A stretch of DNA of 64,000 nucleotides from an uncultured Planctomycetota bacterium (GTDB lineage: Bacteria > Planctomycetota > Planctomycetia > Pirellulales > Lacipirellulaceae). This document shows, in pieces, positions 1-9,569 of this stretch. A program made the position numbers and the translations under genes. The stretch covers positions 288,001 to 352,000 of the forward strand of contig CAVRBU010000002.1 in the NCBI GenBank assembly GCA_963719315.1, read 5' to 3'. Under the pieces are notes generated by a model, which saw nothing but the letters and a program-made list of their open reading frames with translations, was not told the origin of the DNA and did not search any database. Each line of letters opens with the position of its first letter. The stretch's first letter is position 1.

Positions 1-615
1 GGCATCTTTACAGGTTTCTCGAAGTTGGGGCTGGACGCGGCTGAGCGCGATCAGGGACGGCTCAATCGATTCGATCTGGAGTCCGACGGCGGCAGCGATC
101 TGCATTAAATGATCTAGTGTGCGTTGGTTTGCAACCGCCAGCAATGCGTGCTGATGCCGCGCGTCGAGTTGCTGCGTATTGCCAGCGAGCGCTTTGGGCC
201 CCGGGCCCAACGTAAGATATCGCAAACTGCGTTCTTCAAGTTCGGCAAACTCCCGGCGAACGTCATCCGTTGGTCCTGTAATGACGCGGGTAACACAGTA
301 TTCGCCGCTCAAGGCGATTCGGACCTTCGCTCCGGAGAGCCGCCCCTCACTTACCATTGCGCGAATCGCGTCGGTGAGTTCGCGAACACCTTGCTCGGTG
401 TGGAGCGAGGAGGCTTCCTTTCGCCAGCGAATTGAGCGCGTGACGATGCGGTCACCAGCCTTATCAGCACCGTTGCCACGGACGACCAGCGCCAGGTGCA
501 GCATCGACCGGCAAACCTCAAAAATGGCGCAGCGGCCTTCCGACTGACGGCGTCGGTCGCCGCTGAGACGACGCTCGCTGCGCTCGCGACGGTCTTTTGC
601 GCTTTGGCTGGACAT
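1..615 (-). CDS. PilM-like pilus assembly protein (C-terminus runs off the window)
   Basis: Open frame from ATG at 615 to the window edge (MSSQSAKDRRER...KVRIALSGEYCVTRVITG...GLQIESIEPSLIALSR). Resembles the actin-like PilM fold and lies directly downstream of the minor pilins. Confidence 0.6.
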   Translation of the reverse strand, partial: MSSQSAKDRRERSERRLSGDRRRQSEGRCAIFEVCRSMLHLALVVRGNGADKAGDRIVTRSIRWRKEASSLHTEQGVRELTDAIRAMVSEGRLSGAKVRIALSGEYCVTRVITGPTDDVRREFAELEERSLRYLTLGPGPKALAGNTQQLDARHQHALLAVANQRTLDHLMQIAAAVGLQIESIEPSLIALSRVQPQLRETCKDA

Positions 616-625
616 TTTCAAACCT

Positions 626-1033
626 CTAATTTGCCAACACGGTGGATAACAAACGGCGCGTTGTGCCGCCGGCCACGCCGGTGGATGTAATATCAACTGT
701 TCCCGCCGTTACGCCCGTCACGGCGGTCGCCGAGTAAGATCCGCTCGCCGGATAGCTGCCGGCCGTGACGGTCCCCCGCCAACTCACGTTGCTTTCCAAC
801 TGGGCGAGCACGTGGTGTACGCCGGCGTTTGCCTGGTACAACGCTTGCTCGTACTCAATCGAGTTGCGGAGCGCCGATTGATAGATTGATGCCGACTCAA
901 GCATGTCCACCGCCCAGACGGTGACCAGCGACAGGACGAATAGGCACACTAGCAACGCGATCGCTCGGGGCCGATCGGCTTTGTGCCGGCGGTGGCGAAC
1001 AGCAAACATCACGATTGATGTGTTGGATTGCAT
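626..1033 (-). CDS. PilX/GspK-like minor pilin
   Basis: RPRA|IALLVCLFVLSLVTVWAV hydrophobic N-terminus without Glu5; 'ALYQANAGV' and 'VDITSTG' patterns typical of PilX. Start uncertain (1009 or 1033). Confidence 0.7.
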   Translation of the reverse strand: MQSNTSIVMFAVRHRRHKADRPRAIALLVCLFVLSLVTVWAVDMLESASIYQSALRNSIEYEQALYQANAGVHHVLAQLESNVSWRGTVTAGSYPASGSYSATAVTGVTAGTVDITSTGVAGGTTRRLLSTVLAN

Positions 1034-1038
1034 CGACG

Positions 1039-1563
1039 TCACCATGAACGAATCCAGGCACGGGTCGTGAGGGTGCGGGTAACGCCGGCGCCGCGGGGCA
1101 ACGTGATTTGGGTTTGGCACTCAACAATCTGAATTTCGCCGACAGTCGTGGTTGGGGTTGCGCCGTCGGCTCTGTATCCTTTGAACGTCAGCGAGTTGAT
1201 GTTCTTCGCTAAAAGCTGATTGCTAGTGCCGTTATTGAAGTACACGTCGTTTGACGCGTTGCGGGCCCAGGTGCGCGTCGCGCCCGAGGGTGTCGTAAAT
1301 GACAAACTGCCCAAGGTATTGTTCGAGGCGGTTATCGCGGTGACAGCCGTCGCCTGTCGCATTTGAGTTACGAAGTGCCGCAGGACGCCGTAGCCGTTTT
1401 CCAAGACGTCGATGTCGGCTTCCTGGGCGTTCCAGACGGCGTAGCCCGAGCGCATCACCACGACGACCGAAGCCGTAATGGTGGCCATGATGGCGGTTGC
1501 TGCCATCATCTCCAGCAGCGACAAACCGCTGCGCCGCGTTTTAGCTACCGGCCTTGGTCGCAT
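1039..1563 (-). CDS. PilW/GspJ-like prepilin
   Basis: RRSG|LSLLEMMAATAIMA class III signal peptide with Glu5. Confidence 0.8.
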   Translation of the reverse strand: MRPRPVAKTRRSGLSLLEMMAATAIMATITASVVVVMRSGYAVWNAQEADIDVLENGYGVLRHFVTQMRQATAVTAITASNNTLGSLSFTTPSGATRTWARNASNDVYFNNGTSNQLLAKNINSLTFKGYRADGATPTTTVGEIQIVECQTQITLPRGAGVTRTLTTRAWIRSW

Positions 1564-2020
1564 AACTCACCAGTTTGGCAATTTTGGTAGACAGGGTGAT
1601 CCGAGCTTCATTCGAATCCATCGAGCCGTTTCCATTGTCGTCGCTGTACGTTGTGACGGAAACGTTCATGAGTTGATTTGTGATTCCGCCGCTGACGGCA
1701 GAGTCGGAGCGTGTGACGATAAAGCGGATGCTGGACTGGCCGTCGGATGCGAAGTTGCCAGTAGCGGTTCCCGTTGCCCAGGTGGCGCCGACGACGGCCA
1801 ACTGTTCCTCCATCTTGCTGACGCCATACGTGAGGAGCAGATGGCGTGTGTCGATGATGTCGCCGAGGGCGATCCCGTCGCGCATCACGGCCAGCGCCGG
1901 GACAAGGGCTGAGGCACAGATCGCCGAGGCCAAGACGACCTCCAGCAATGAATATGCGTGCCGCGCGCGAGGGCGTTTGCGCGATGCTCTGCGGCAGAAA
2001 TGGGATGTGTTCGAGGACAT
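1541..2020 (-). CDS. PilV/GspI-like prepilin
   Basis: RHA|YSLLEVVLASAI class III signal peptide; overlaps the start of the next gene. Confidence 0.75.
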   Translation of the reverse strand: MSSNTSHFCRRASRKRPRARHAYSLLEVVLASAICASALVPALAVMRDGIALGDIIDTRHLLLTYGVSKMEEQLAVVGATWATGTATGNFASDGQSSIRFIVTRSDSAVSGGITNQLMNVSVTTYSDDNGNGSMDSNEARITLSTKIAKLVSYATKAGS

Positions 2021-2221
2021 TTCGTGAATGGTGAGAAAACCGTGCTACAGGCGCTGATTCGCGGTCCGCGTGGGTGCGATGACCCATGAAAACGTAGCTT
2101 TTGCCAGCGTCCAATCAATGAAGCGAGCGTAGCCGAGAATGCCGACTGGTACGGTTAGAGGGATTCGGGGCGGCCGGCCGTGGGAATCGGATTCGACTTT
2201 CGGAGAAACTCGACCACGTGG

Positions 2222-2713
2222 TCATTGCACAAAGGCTTTGCCGGTGACTTGCGGCACAGTGACGGTTCGCGATCGATCGGCGGAGGTAACGGTCACCGTG
2301 TAGGATGCCAGGGCTTCGCCAGTGAATTGGAATTCCAGGTCGGAGACTCCGCCGGTTGTGACCGTTACATTTGCAGGTACGGTGTGCACATCATCCACAA
2401 GGGTCGCCACGCCGCCGATCCTGCGGTAAACGGCATATTGCGTCGCATTGCCGCCGGAGAGAGTGAACTGCAACAGGTGATTGTCGCCCGTTGCGATGGC
2501 TCGCCGCCGGGCCTGTGAGCAATCGAGCGCCACCCGCCGCGAGAAGCCTTGGGCGCCGACATCGGCCAAGGTGGTCATTGAATAGCGGGTTACCGCCATC
2601 AAGCTCACGATGCCGATGATGAACGTGACGGCAATAATCTCAAAAAGCGTCATGGCACGGCGTGCCACAGCGCGCCGTGCCATGTCCATGTTTTGAAGGT
2701 GCGATCGATCCAT
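2222..2713 (-). CDS. FimT/GspH-like prepilin
   Basis: RRA|MTLFEIIAVTFIIGIV; 'QARRRAI' helix and 'F.FTG' motif typical of GspH/FimT. Confidence 0.8.
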   Translation of the reverse strand: MDRSHLQNMDMARRAVARRAMTLFEIIAVTFIIGIVSLMAVTRYSMTTLADVGAQGFSRRVALDCSQARRRAIATGDNHLLQFTLSGGNATQYAVYRRIGGVATLVDDVHTVPANVTVTTGGVSDLEFQFTGEALASYTVTVTSADRSRTVTVPQVTGKAFVQ

Positions 2714-2734
2714 CACACCATCCTGTAAATCGAC

Positions 2735-3055
2735 CTAGTTGACGCGGTGCGAGGTAGGATTGAGCGTGTACGGCGTGTTGTTTGTGGGATTGGTGGGGAT
2801 GCCGTCCGGAAAGTAGTTTTTGTCGGCGCCTATATTCGAGAGGTTGTTTGCCGGCCACGAGCCCTTTTCCACGTACCAGCGTTCGACCGCGGCATTGATC
2901 GTGGCCTTATTGTGGCTGTTGACATTTTGCTTGGCCGTGTCGCTGGAAACCGAGACGCGCGGCACGATGATGGCCGCGACGATCCCGAGGATCGTCACGA
3001 CGGCCAGCAATTCCATCAGGGAGAATCCGGTTCGCTTGTGCTCTTTGCGCTTCAT
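2735..3055 (-). CDS. Short major (pseudo)pilin, copy 2
   Basis: KRTG|FSLMELLAVVTILGIVAAIIVPR; 96-aa mature pilin. Confidence 0.9.
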   Translation of the reverse strand: MKRKEHKRTGFSLMELLAVVTILGIVAAIIVPRVSVSSDTAKQNVNSHNKATINAAVERWYVEKGSWPANNLSNIGADKNYFPDGIPTNPTNNTPYTLNPTSHRVN

Positions 3056-3100
3056 ATTTACTGCTCCGAAAATCAGGCCCGCAAATTGTCCTCGGCTTCG

Positions 3101-3424
3101 CTAGTTGACCCGGTGCGTAGTGGGATTCAGCGTGTACGGTGCGTTATTCGTTGGATTGGTCGGGATGCCACTAGGAAAATAATTTATGTCTGCGCCGATG
3201 TTCGACAGGTTGTTTGCCGGCCAGGTACCCTTATCGATGTACCAACGTTCGACGGCAGCGTTGATCGTGGCTTTATTGTGCAAATTAACTTTTGTTTTGG
3301 CCGTGTCGCTCGAAATCGCCACGCGCGGCACGATGATCGCCGCGATGATCCCGAGGATCGTCACGACGGCCAACAACTCCATGAGCGAGAAACCCGACCG
3401 CTTGTGGGTGCCAAGTGTTTTCAT
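3101..3424 (-). CDS. Short major (pseudo)pilin, copy 1
   Basis: KRSG|FSLMELLAVVTILGIIAAIIVPR; GGAG RBS upstream of the ATG at 3424; paralog of 2735-3055. Confidence 0.9.
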   Translation of the reverse strand: MKTLGTHKRSGFSLMELLAVVTILGIIAAIIVPRVAISSDTAKTKVNLHNKATINAAVERWYIDKGTWPANNLSNIGADINYFPSGIPTNPTNNAPYTLNPTTHRVN

Positions 3425-3581
3425 AGCAATTCTCCGATTCAGCATCGTGTTGTTATCGCGCGGAAATGATGACCCTAGGGCGGCGAGACCCTTCGCCTTT
3501 CCGGCAATTCATTATCAAAGAGTAGGTTACAAGTCGAATCGAGCTTTGTATTGGAGACGAATGTTCAGATCTGCAACTCGC

Positions 3582-3935
3582 TTAATGGGTATGACCAATA
3601 ACGAGTCCAGTGGTTGTATTGATTGTGTAGGGTGTGCCATCGATTGGGCAGACTGGCACACCGCTCGGGAAGTACGCCGTGCTAGCGCCGACGTCGCTCA
3701 AGTTGGCGGCAGGATATGAACCGTTCGCCCGTTTCCAGAGTTTGACCTGGAGTTCGATATCGCCCTGGTTCGCGTAGCAAGCGGCTCGGTTCGAGGTGAC
3801 CTGGTGGTTGCCGACGCGCGGAACGATCAGCGAGGCCAGCACACCCAGAATGACCATCACGGCCATCAGCTCGGTGAGTGAGAACGCAGTCGCCCGGGCG
3901 GAATGGTGTCGAAGTTCAACGATAATTCTCTTCAT
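3582..3935 (-). CDS. Short (pseudo)pilin with Cys pair
   Basis: ATA|FSLTELMAVMVILGVLASLIVPR; AAC...PVCP disulfide pattern; divergent paralog of the two adjacent pilins. Confidence 0.85.
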   Translation of the reverse strand: MKRIIVELRHHSARATAFSLTELMAVMVILGVLASLIVPRVGNHQVTSNRAACYANQGDIELQVKLWKRANGSYPAANLSDVGASTAYFPSGVPVCPIDGTPYTINTTTGLVIGHTH

Positions 3936-3953
3936 GACCGCACCTCTCGGTTG

Positions 3954-5132
3954 TCACTTGACCGTATTGACCATATCGAACATGGGCAAATAAATCGCCA
4001 GCAGGATGACCGCGATGGCTCCGGCCAGCGCGATGGTAAGCGTTGGCTCGATCGTGCCGACGAAGATGTTCGTTTTTCGCTCGATTTCGCGTTGCAGGTG
4101 ATCGCGGATTTGGCTTGTGGACTGCGACAACCTGCCGGTCTGCTCGCCGACGATCACTAGTTGGCTGACGATTGGGGGAAACATGTCTCCGTGTCGTTCG
4201 AGCTCTCGGCTGAATTTTTCGCCGCGGCGAATGGCGTTCTGCAAATCGCGGACACTCTGCCGAATCGCCCGGTTGCCGACACCCTGCCCCGCCTCGCCTA
4301 GCGCCTCGGCCAGGTTGTACCCTGCGTCCATCAAACTGCCCAGTACTTCCATGAATTGCAACACGGTTAGATCGCGAAGCCAGTTTCCGAACAGGGGCGC
4401 ATTGAGGATGGCAGCATCCATCTTGTAGGCAAGTTCCGGCCGCTTTCGCAGTTGCCGAACGACGATCGCGGTTCCCAAGATCAGGCCCACTAGGTACAAG
4501 CCATAACTCTGTGCGAACGCACCAATCGCGATCAGCAGCTTCGTAATGAACGGTAGCGAAACGTGAGCGTCGTCGTACGTCTTCTTGAACACGGGAATCA
4601 CATACGTGAGCAAGAACGTAATGACGGCCGTTCCCATCACCATTAGCAGGATCGGGTAAGCCAGCTTTTTGCCGATTTCGGAACGCAGACGGTAGGCATC
4701 TTCTCGATGGCGAGCGATCGCCGTCAAGGTATCGCCGAGTGTCCCGGAATGTTCGCCAACCTTGATCTGGTTGACCATCACTGGGTCGAACGTATTGCCG
4801 TATCGCGCGAGGGCCGAACTGAAAGTTTCGCCGTTCTCGAGATGACGGCGAATCGAGTGCAGCATGTCGCGCTGTTTCGCCAAGGCCTTTTCCTCAGCCA
4901 ATGTGGCCAGTGCTTTCGGCAAGGACACGCCGCTTCCCGTGAGTGTCGAAAGATTGCGGAGGATGAACACCAAGTCGCGGTCTTTTAGCTTGCTTTGGTT
5001 TCGGCCCTGGCGATTGCCGAATTTTGCAAGTAATCCGGTAGCCGATGCGAGCGTACGCGACGGAACCGCAGCGGCGCCGCCGACCGAAATCGCACCCGCG
5101 TTTGCCAGAGATGTTTTTCGTGCGCGTCGCAT
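3954..5132 (-). CDS. pilC: PilC/GspF inner-membrane platform protein
   Basis: Two T2SSF repeats (VGEHSGTL...KLAYP; VGEQTGRL...IEP; AIYLPMF). Start uncertain. Confidence 0.9.
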   Translation of the reverse strand: MRRARKTSLANAGAISVGGAAAVPSRTLASATGLLAKFGNRQGRNQSKLKDRDLVFILRNLSTLTGSGVSLPKALATLAEEKALAKQRDMLHSIRRHLENGETFSSALARYGNTFDPVMVNQIKVGEHSGTLGDTLTAIARHREDAYRLRSEIGKKLAYPILLMVMGTAVITFLLTYVIPVFKKTYDDAHVSLPFITKLLIAIGAFAQSYGLYLVGLILGTAIVVRQLRKRPELAYKMDAAILNAPLFGNWLRDLTVLQFMEVLGSLMDAGYNLAEALGEAGQGVGNRAIRQSVRDLQNAIRRGEKFSRELERHGDMFPPIVSQLVIVGEQTGRLSQSTSQIRDHLQREIERKTNIFVGTIEPTLTIALAGAIAVILLAIYLPMFDMVNTVK

Positions 5133-5192
5133 GGTCCGTTGTCCACTGCCCGTGGTCCGTTGCTTGCAACAACGGACCACGGACGATGGACA
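5133..5192. repeat. Inverted heptamer tandem repeats between pilB and pilC
   Basis: GTCCGTT GTCCACT GCCCGTG GTCCGTT followed by the complementary AACGGAC CACGGAC GATGGAC. Confidence 0.65.
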
Positions 5193-5198
5193 CCTCTG

Positions 5199-6887
5199 TT
5201 AACTCGACAGTTTGTAGAACACTTCTTCCAGTGTCGTTCGGCCGTTGAGCACTTGTTCCATACCGGCTGCCGCGAGTTCGACCATCCCTTCAGACAAGGC
5301 GATCTGGCGGAGCTTCGTGTGAGGCAGGCCACTCTCGATCCCTTCGTCCAGGGCCGGTGTCACGACCATGATTTCGTAAATCGGAATCCGACCCGAGTAC
5401 CCGGTGCCCAAACATTTTTTGCAGCCGCGGCCGCGATAATACACGGCGTCGGCTGGGGGCTTTCGGTCCTTGCACAACGTTTTGAGCAGCGATTCGTTCG
5501 GTTCGACGGGTTCTTTGCACTCGGGGCAGATTTGCCGCAACAACCGTTGGGCGATCGATCCCAAGAGCGCGCCGCCGATCTTGAAGTTGTCGACTCCTAA
5601 GTCGTTTAGCCGAGCGACGGCGCCGATCGCATCGTTCGCGTGCAGCGTACTGATCAGCAAGTGGCCAGTGAGCGCCGCTTGCACGGCCGTCGAGGCGGTT
5701 TCATGGTCGCGAATTTCGCCCACCATGATCACGTCCGGATCTTGTCGCATGATGTATTTCAGCGCGTTGGCGAAACCCAAGCCATGCTCGTTGTCCGACG
5801 CCACCTGGTTGATGCCCGGTAGGCGATATTCGACTGGATCTTCGACCGTCACGATATTGCGGCTCACCGAATTCAGTTTCGAGAGCAATGCATACATCGT
5901 CGTGGACTTGCCGGAACCCGTCGGGCCGGTCAAGACGATCATACCGTGCGGCCGGTCGATGAGTGATTGAATCGCTTTCAAGTCGCGATCGCTCATTCCG
6001 AGGTGCTGAAACTCGAACGTTTTGCTGCCTTCATCGAGTAACCGCATCACGACTTTTTCGCCGCCGACCGTGGGAATCGTGCTTACGCGGAAATTCACCT
6101 TTGCGCCCGCTTCGTGCACGCTCAGGTGTCCGTCTTGCGGCCGGCGGTTTTCCGTTGTGTCCATGTCGGCCATGACCTTGATGCGGGCCACGACCGCTTC
6201 TTCAATGTGGTTCGGAATCGTCATCACCGCCTGCAACTCGCCGTCGACGCGATAGCGGACGCGCATTTCCGGCACGTGTGGTTCCAAGTGAATATCGCTG
6301 GTGTTGGCGTTGATGGCGCCCATCAGAATCGCGCGAACCAAACGCACGACCGGCGCTTGCTCCTGCTCTTCCGGTGCGTCGGCTGCTAGTTCTTGCTCGA
6401 CAGCATCTTCAGCCGCTTCAAGATCGGCCATCTTCATATCGACAATGGTCTGCCGGGCGACGATCCGTTCGTCGAAACCTCGGTCGAGCGCCGCTTGCAC
6501 CGGCGCTTCGAGAGCGACCACCGGCTCGACGTGATACCCCGAAATCAGCTCTGCTTCAGATATGGTTTCGATATCGTCCGGCGCGACCATTGCAAGCTGC
6601 AGGGTGGTTCCGGACACAGAAATCGGCACGCACGACCGCTGACGGGCTAGCCGTTCCGGCAGTAGCCGCACAACTTGCGGATTGACGGCCTGCGGGACCA
6701 CCTCGGCAAAGGGGACGCCGAATTGATCGGCCAGGGCGTCGCCGAGTTGATCCATCGTTATCAACCCGCGCCGCACAAGAATGCGGCCCAACATACCGCG
6801 CTCCGATCCTTGCGCGGCGAGCGCGGCTTCGAGCTGGCCAGGCGTTACAAAGCCACGTTGAATCAAGATGTCGCCAAGTCGGGCCAT
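5199..6887 (-). CDS. pilB: PilB/GspE assembly ATPase with N-terminal MshEN domain
   Basis: Walker A GPTGSGKST, TVEDPVEY, RQDPDVIMVGEIRD, His box, CxxC...CxxC; N-terminal RLGDILIQRG...LxxQ tandem motif. Confidence 0.93.
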   Translation of the reverse strand: MARLGDILIQRGFVTPGQLEAALAAQGSERGMLGRILVRRGLITMDQLGDALADQFGVPFAEVVPQAVNPQVVRLLPERLARQRSCVPISVSGTTLQLAMVAPDDIETISEAELISGYHVEPVVALEAPVQAALDRGFDERIVARQTIVDMKMADLEAAEDAVEQELAADAPEEQEQAPVVRLVRAILMGAINANTSDIHLEPHVPEMRVRYRVDGELQAVMTIPNHIEEAVVARIKVMADMDTTENRRPQDGHLSVHEAGAKVNFRVSTIPTVGGEKVVMRLLDEGSKTFEFQHLGMSDRDLKAIQSLIDRPHGMIVLTGPTGSGKSTTMYALLSKLNSVSRNIVTVEDPVEYRLPGINQVASDNEHGLGFANALKYIMRQDPDVIMVGEIRDHETASTAVQAALTGHLLISTLHANDAIGAVARLNDLGVDNFKIGGALLGSIAQRLLRQICPECKEPVEPNESLLKTLCKDRKPPADAVYYRGRGCKKCLGTGYSGRIPIYEIMVVTPALDEGIESGLPHTKLRQIALSEGMVELAAAGMEQVLNGRTTLEEVFYKLSS

Positions 6888-6893
6888 TGTGGG

Positions 6894-6921
6894 AGGGTTC
6901 AGGGTTCAGATTTCAGGGTTC
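6894..6921. repeat. Heptamer tandem repeat (AGGGTTC)x4
   Basis: AGGGTTC AGGGTTC AGATTTC AGGGTTC just upstream of pilB. Confidence 0.7.
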
Positions 6922-6951
6922 AATTCTCGTTGGTCAACGAAGTGAATGCGG

Positions 6952-7350
6952 TTATTGCACGTGCGTTGGGGAAACTGCGGAGGTGAGGCGCTCGATTTTG
7001 GATTCCAGAATCATCGGGTCGTAGGGAATCACCAGGTATTCGTCGGCACCGGCGTTGTAAGCTTTTTGCACGTCTTCCAGGTCGCCGTTGGTAGACAAAA
7101 ACAGGATTGGGATGTTGCTAGTCCGAGTTTCGTTGCTTAGACGGTTAATGAATTCCAGACCATTCATCCCGGGCAGCACGTGATCGACGATGATCATGTT
7201 TGGAAGTCGCTCGTTTAACCATTTGACGGCCCGCTCGGCCGATTCGCACGAGACGACTTCGTAACCGAGCAGCTCCAATCGGAAAGCAGTGATTTCGAGC
7301 AATGTTGGATCGCCTTCGATCAACAAAATGGTAGTCGATAAATCGGACAT
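6952..7350 (-). CDS. Single-domain response regulator (CheY-like)
   Basis: ILLIEGD, IIVDHVLPGMNG (phospho-acceptor Asp), PILFLS, GADEYLVIP (conserved Lys replaced by Ile). Confidence 0.85.
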   Translation of the reverse strand: MSDLSTTILLIEGDPTLLEITAFRLELLGYEVVSCESAERAVKWLNERLPNMIIVDHVLPGMNGLEFINRLSNETRTSNIPILFLSTNGDLEDVQKAYNAGADEYLVIPYDPMILESKIERLTSAVSPTHVQ

Positions 7351-7641
7351 AGCGCAGCATCTAACTTTGTCATGGTGCGCAGGGCGGCACCTAGTTACCT
7401 AGTAATAGGTAGCTCGCTGTAACGGTCCTTCCAACCGCGATTGGGTTCGGAAAGTCCGGATTGCGCCCAGGGCGCCACCACCGCCGGCCAGAGAATCGGC
7501 GCCAACGCTATATCTGGCGAAGCTGTGCTCGCCGGTGGAGCTGACCTCGCGAAGGGTCGCGCCGTCAGCGGCAGCGATTGCAACCCGGAACAAAAAAGCC
7601 CTCTCGATGGGAGCCCGATCAGTGACGCTGCCAGGAAATCC

Positions 7642-8034
7642 TTATACCGCGCAGGCGGCAGGTGATTCGACCAACGCCCGCAACACGTCGCGACGGGCAA
7701 TTACGCCGATCAGACGGCCGTCCTGCATCACCGGCACGCGACGTACGCGGTGCACGATGCACAGGTCCGCGATCCGATTGAGCGGGTCGTTGGCGTTGAC
7801 CGTTATGACTTCGCGGGTCATGTGCTGGCTGACCGTGTGGTTCTTCACGCGCTTATCGTAGGTCACGGCCAGCAACGCGAATTCCGTGATCACGCCCACC
7901 AAGCGGCCATCTTCGTCTGTGACGGGTAGCCCGCTAATATGCCGGCTGAGCAAGATTTCAATGGCTTCCTCGATCGAACTATTTGGCCTCACGGCTACGA
8001 GGTCGGTGGTCATAATTGAACCGGCGGTCAACAT
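7642..8034 (-). CDS. CBS-pair domain protein
   Basis: IMTT...ISGLPV...LVGVIT; HMTR...VRRVPV...LIGVI; AGGAG RBS before the ATG at 8034. Confidence 0.88.
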   Translation of the reverse strand: MLTAGSIMTTDLVAVRPNSSIEEAIEILLSRHISGLPVTDEDGRLVGVITEFALLAVTYDKRVKNHTVSQHMTREVITVNANDPLNRIADLCIVHRVRRVPVMQDGRLIGVIARRDVLRALVESPAACAV

Positions 8035-8327
8035 TGCAAATACTCCTGGTCTCAAAGCATTCGACAACAAATTGAGTAATGCGGACAGTGCTCCAGCGGC
8101 CATATGTCACACACAAGATTAGTACGCTTGGGTCGCGGGGCGACTCCAGCCAGCCACCAAAACGCGGCCCAAACTCCTCGGCTGCCCCGCCTGCGGGTTC
8201 ATTCGCTACAATCCGGACAACCATTTTCGCGTGCCTGCGCCAAACGCTCATCCCGTTTTCGGAGGCAACTCACACCAATCGAGGACGGCTCGGCAGTCAT
8301 AAATCGCTGCGCGTGAAATAATTCTTC

Positions 8328-9492
8328 ATGGCCAATTCTTTGCAATCGAAGATCGCGACGACGGCATTCGCTTTTCGCGGCTACAACATCGTCAACCTGG
8401 GCCGTACGCCCGAGTTGCTGGCCCATCCAACCTACGGCCCGACGATCCGCCGCTATTTACAGCGCGGCAGCGAGGTTTGCGCCGGAATTATCGGTGGTCC
8501 CGTGGATCTCATCGAGACCGTGTCGCGGCGCGAGGAACCGGGACTGGATCGCTATGCGGAAGCCGTGACACTGATCGTCGCGGCCGATCTGGCCCAGGTC
8601 GAACTGCTGGAAGAGTTTCACGGCGTTCGCTTCCGCGAAGCCAAACTGGCCTTTGGGTACAGCCTTGGCGAGCTCTCGGCCGTGGCGTGCGCCGGCGTGT
8701 TCAGCATGGCCGAAGTGCTCAGCGTGCCAGTGGCGATGGCCAACGATTGCGCGGCCTTGGCGAACAACGTGACAATGGGTGTGCTGTTCTCGCGCGGCCC
8801 GGCGATTGACGAACTGGATGTGAATCGGCTGTGCCGGCTGATCACATCCGAAGGTCACGGGACCATTGCCGTCTCTTCAATCCTGACGCCGAACACCTAT
8901 CTGCTTTTGGGCCAGAACGACACGATCACCCGCTTCAAAGCAGAGATGCACAAGTTCCTGCCCGATCCGGCCCACGTCAAGCTCAATCCCGAACGCTGGC
9001 CGCCGCTGCATACGCCGATCGCGCGACAACGGCACATTCCCGACCGGGCGGCCGTCATGATGGAAGTAATGAGAGGCGGCCTACAGCCCCCTTGCCCGCC
9101 CGTACTGTCGCTCGTTACGGGTGAGCGGAGCTACGACGACTATCATGTGCGCGACGTTTTACGCGATTGGATCGACCACCCTCAAAGATTGTGGGACGCC
9201 ATTTATGAAACGCTAGCTACCGGAATTTCGACGGTTATCCATGTCGGTCCGGGACCAAACGTGATTCCTGCAACATTTACCCGCTTGAGCGAAAACGTCA
9301 ACCAACAAATCAGTAGCCGAAAGCTGGGACGAATGGGGATGCGGGCGGCCGATGGCCTCGCGCCGGCCGTGGCTTTCGGCATTGCTACCAAGCCGGGCCG
9401 CGCTGCTGCGAGCACCGCTGCTAAGGCACATCATCCTCGAAGACTGGTTACTTGAGAATGCGCCGGGCAGTGAAACGGAAAGCGTTACATGA
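8328..9492 (+). CDS. Standalone FabD-like ACP S-acyltransferase (frameshift near 9360)
   Basis: GYSLGE nucleophile elbow, PPLHTP, HVGPGP. The C-terminus continues in another frame (RRPWLSALLP...LEDWLLEN) to TGA at 9492. Confidence 0.75.
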
Positions 9493-9569
9493 TCGACACG
9501 TCGCTTGATAACGGTCGTACAGCCCACCATGCGAGACATCGTACAATGAAAAGCATTGCGATGACTGCC

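Noticed and set aside
7351..7641. Riboswitch upstream of the pilus operon
   Set aside because: GC-rich hairpins are present but no recognisable c-di-GMP or other riboswitch consensus; an Rfam/Infernal scan would be needed.
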